A stretch of 64,000 bases of DNA, taken from an uncultured delta proteobacterium. Lineage in GTDB: Bacteria; Myxococcota_A; Polyangia; Haliangiales; Haliangiaceae. The notes beneath the pieces are model-generated. The model was given only the letters and a program-made list of their open reading frames with translations, searched no databases and had not been told where the DNA came from. The stretch lies in the NCBI GenBank assembly GCA_963848295.1, contig CAWKDB010000010.1, positions 3,392,001 to 3,456,000 on the forward strand, in the 5' to 3' direction. Positions 63,486-64,000 of this stretch are shown here, one piece after another. Made by a program: the position numbers and the translations under genes. Every line of letters starts with the position of its first letter. The first letter of the stretch is position 1.

Positions 63486-64000
63486 TCAGAACCGGCCGGC
63501 GAGCGCCAAACCGGGCGTGATGCCGCTCGGCGTCGCGAGCGCGGTCGGCACGATCGTGGCGTGCTCGCGGTTGTAGCGGCGGACGACGCGGCGCGACGTC
63601 GCGATGTCGTAGATCGCGCCGGTCGCGAGCGCGACCACGCCGCCGGCGATCAGCACCCCGCCGACCGGCGAGAATTCGATCTTCGACGGATCGCCGTACG
63701 GTCGCGACCACTCGTACGCACCGAGGGCTGCGAGGCCGGCGCCTGCGACGCGCAACGCGAGCCCGGGTGACAGCCAATCGCCGGCGTAGATGTGGCCGAT
63801 CGCGGGCGCCACGACCGCGCCAGCGAGCTCGACCGCCGCGGGCTTCCACTCGGCGGCGGTGTGATCGCCGGCGGCCCCGACCAGGAATACCGCGCCGATC
63901 GAGCCCAGGATCGAGAGGTTCGTCGCGACATCCTCGTCGCGCGGACCGGACGGCGCCGGCTCGGCACCGGCGACCGAGCTCGCGAGCACGAGCGCAGCCG
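63486..64000 (-). CDS. Hypothetical membrane protein (5' end off the window)
   Basis: Frame open to the window edge; PAIGHIYAG, three hydrophobic segments, terminal GLALAGRF. Confidence 0.6.
   Translation of the reverse strand, partial: AALVLASSVAGAEPAPSGPRDEDVATNLSILGSIGAVFLVGAAGDHTAAEWKPAAVELAGAVVAPAIGHIYAGDWLSPGLALRVAGAGLAALGAYEWSRPYGDPSKIEFSPVGGVLIAGGVVALATGAIYDIATSRRVVRRYNREHATIVPTALATPSGITPGLALAGRF

Overview
High-GC (about 70% by eye), gene-dense bacterial chromosome segment. The gene content suggests Myxococcota, possibly Haliangiales/Kofleriaceae (inference): Ser/Thr kinase, FHA proteins, a MYXO-CTERM-like tail, a TraB-like OmpA/TSP3 protein, a pilin-like domain, many Cys-rich lipoproteins and several sigma-54 promoters. 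About 60 CDS are supportable. They include a partial motA, def, a cobalamin riboswitch-TonB receptor-lipoprotein unit, an ftsE-ftsX-envC-ctpA operon, a PadR-DrrAB efflux unit, psuG, comM/yifB, a Spy/CpxP + OmpR-type two-component system, an ECF sigma/anti-sigma unit, fliA, an OPT transporter, a RAYT-type HUH transposase, a vapBC pair, ino1 and tandem Gly-rich lipoprotein paralogues. I saw no tRNA, rRNA, CRISPR array or prophage. The most notable observations are: (1) an FtsE homologue that has lost its catalytic ABC motifs, inside an otherwise intact ftsEX-envC-ctpA operon with an extra small ORF; (2) a histidine kinase with a LiaF/DUF2154-like domain fused in front of an intramembrane-sensing core; (3) a window-wide TAnnnT-N5-7-start codon signature suggesting frequent leaderless mRNAs; (4) unusual fusions (lipoprotein + C-terminal pilin, tocopherol-cyclase-like + FAH, FHA + Spo0M); (5) a 28-bp direct repeat at the break point of a GNAT remnant. 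All family assignments come from motif recognition by eye; no database search was run.
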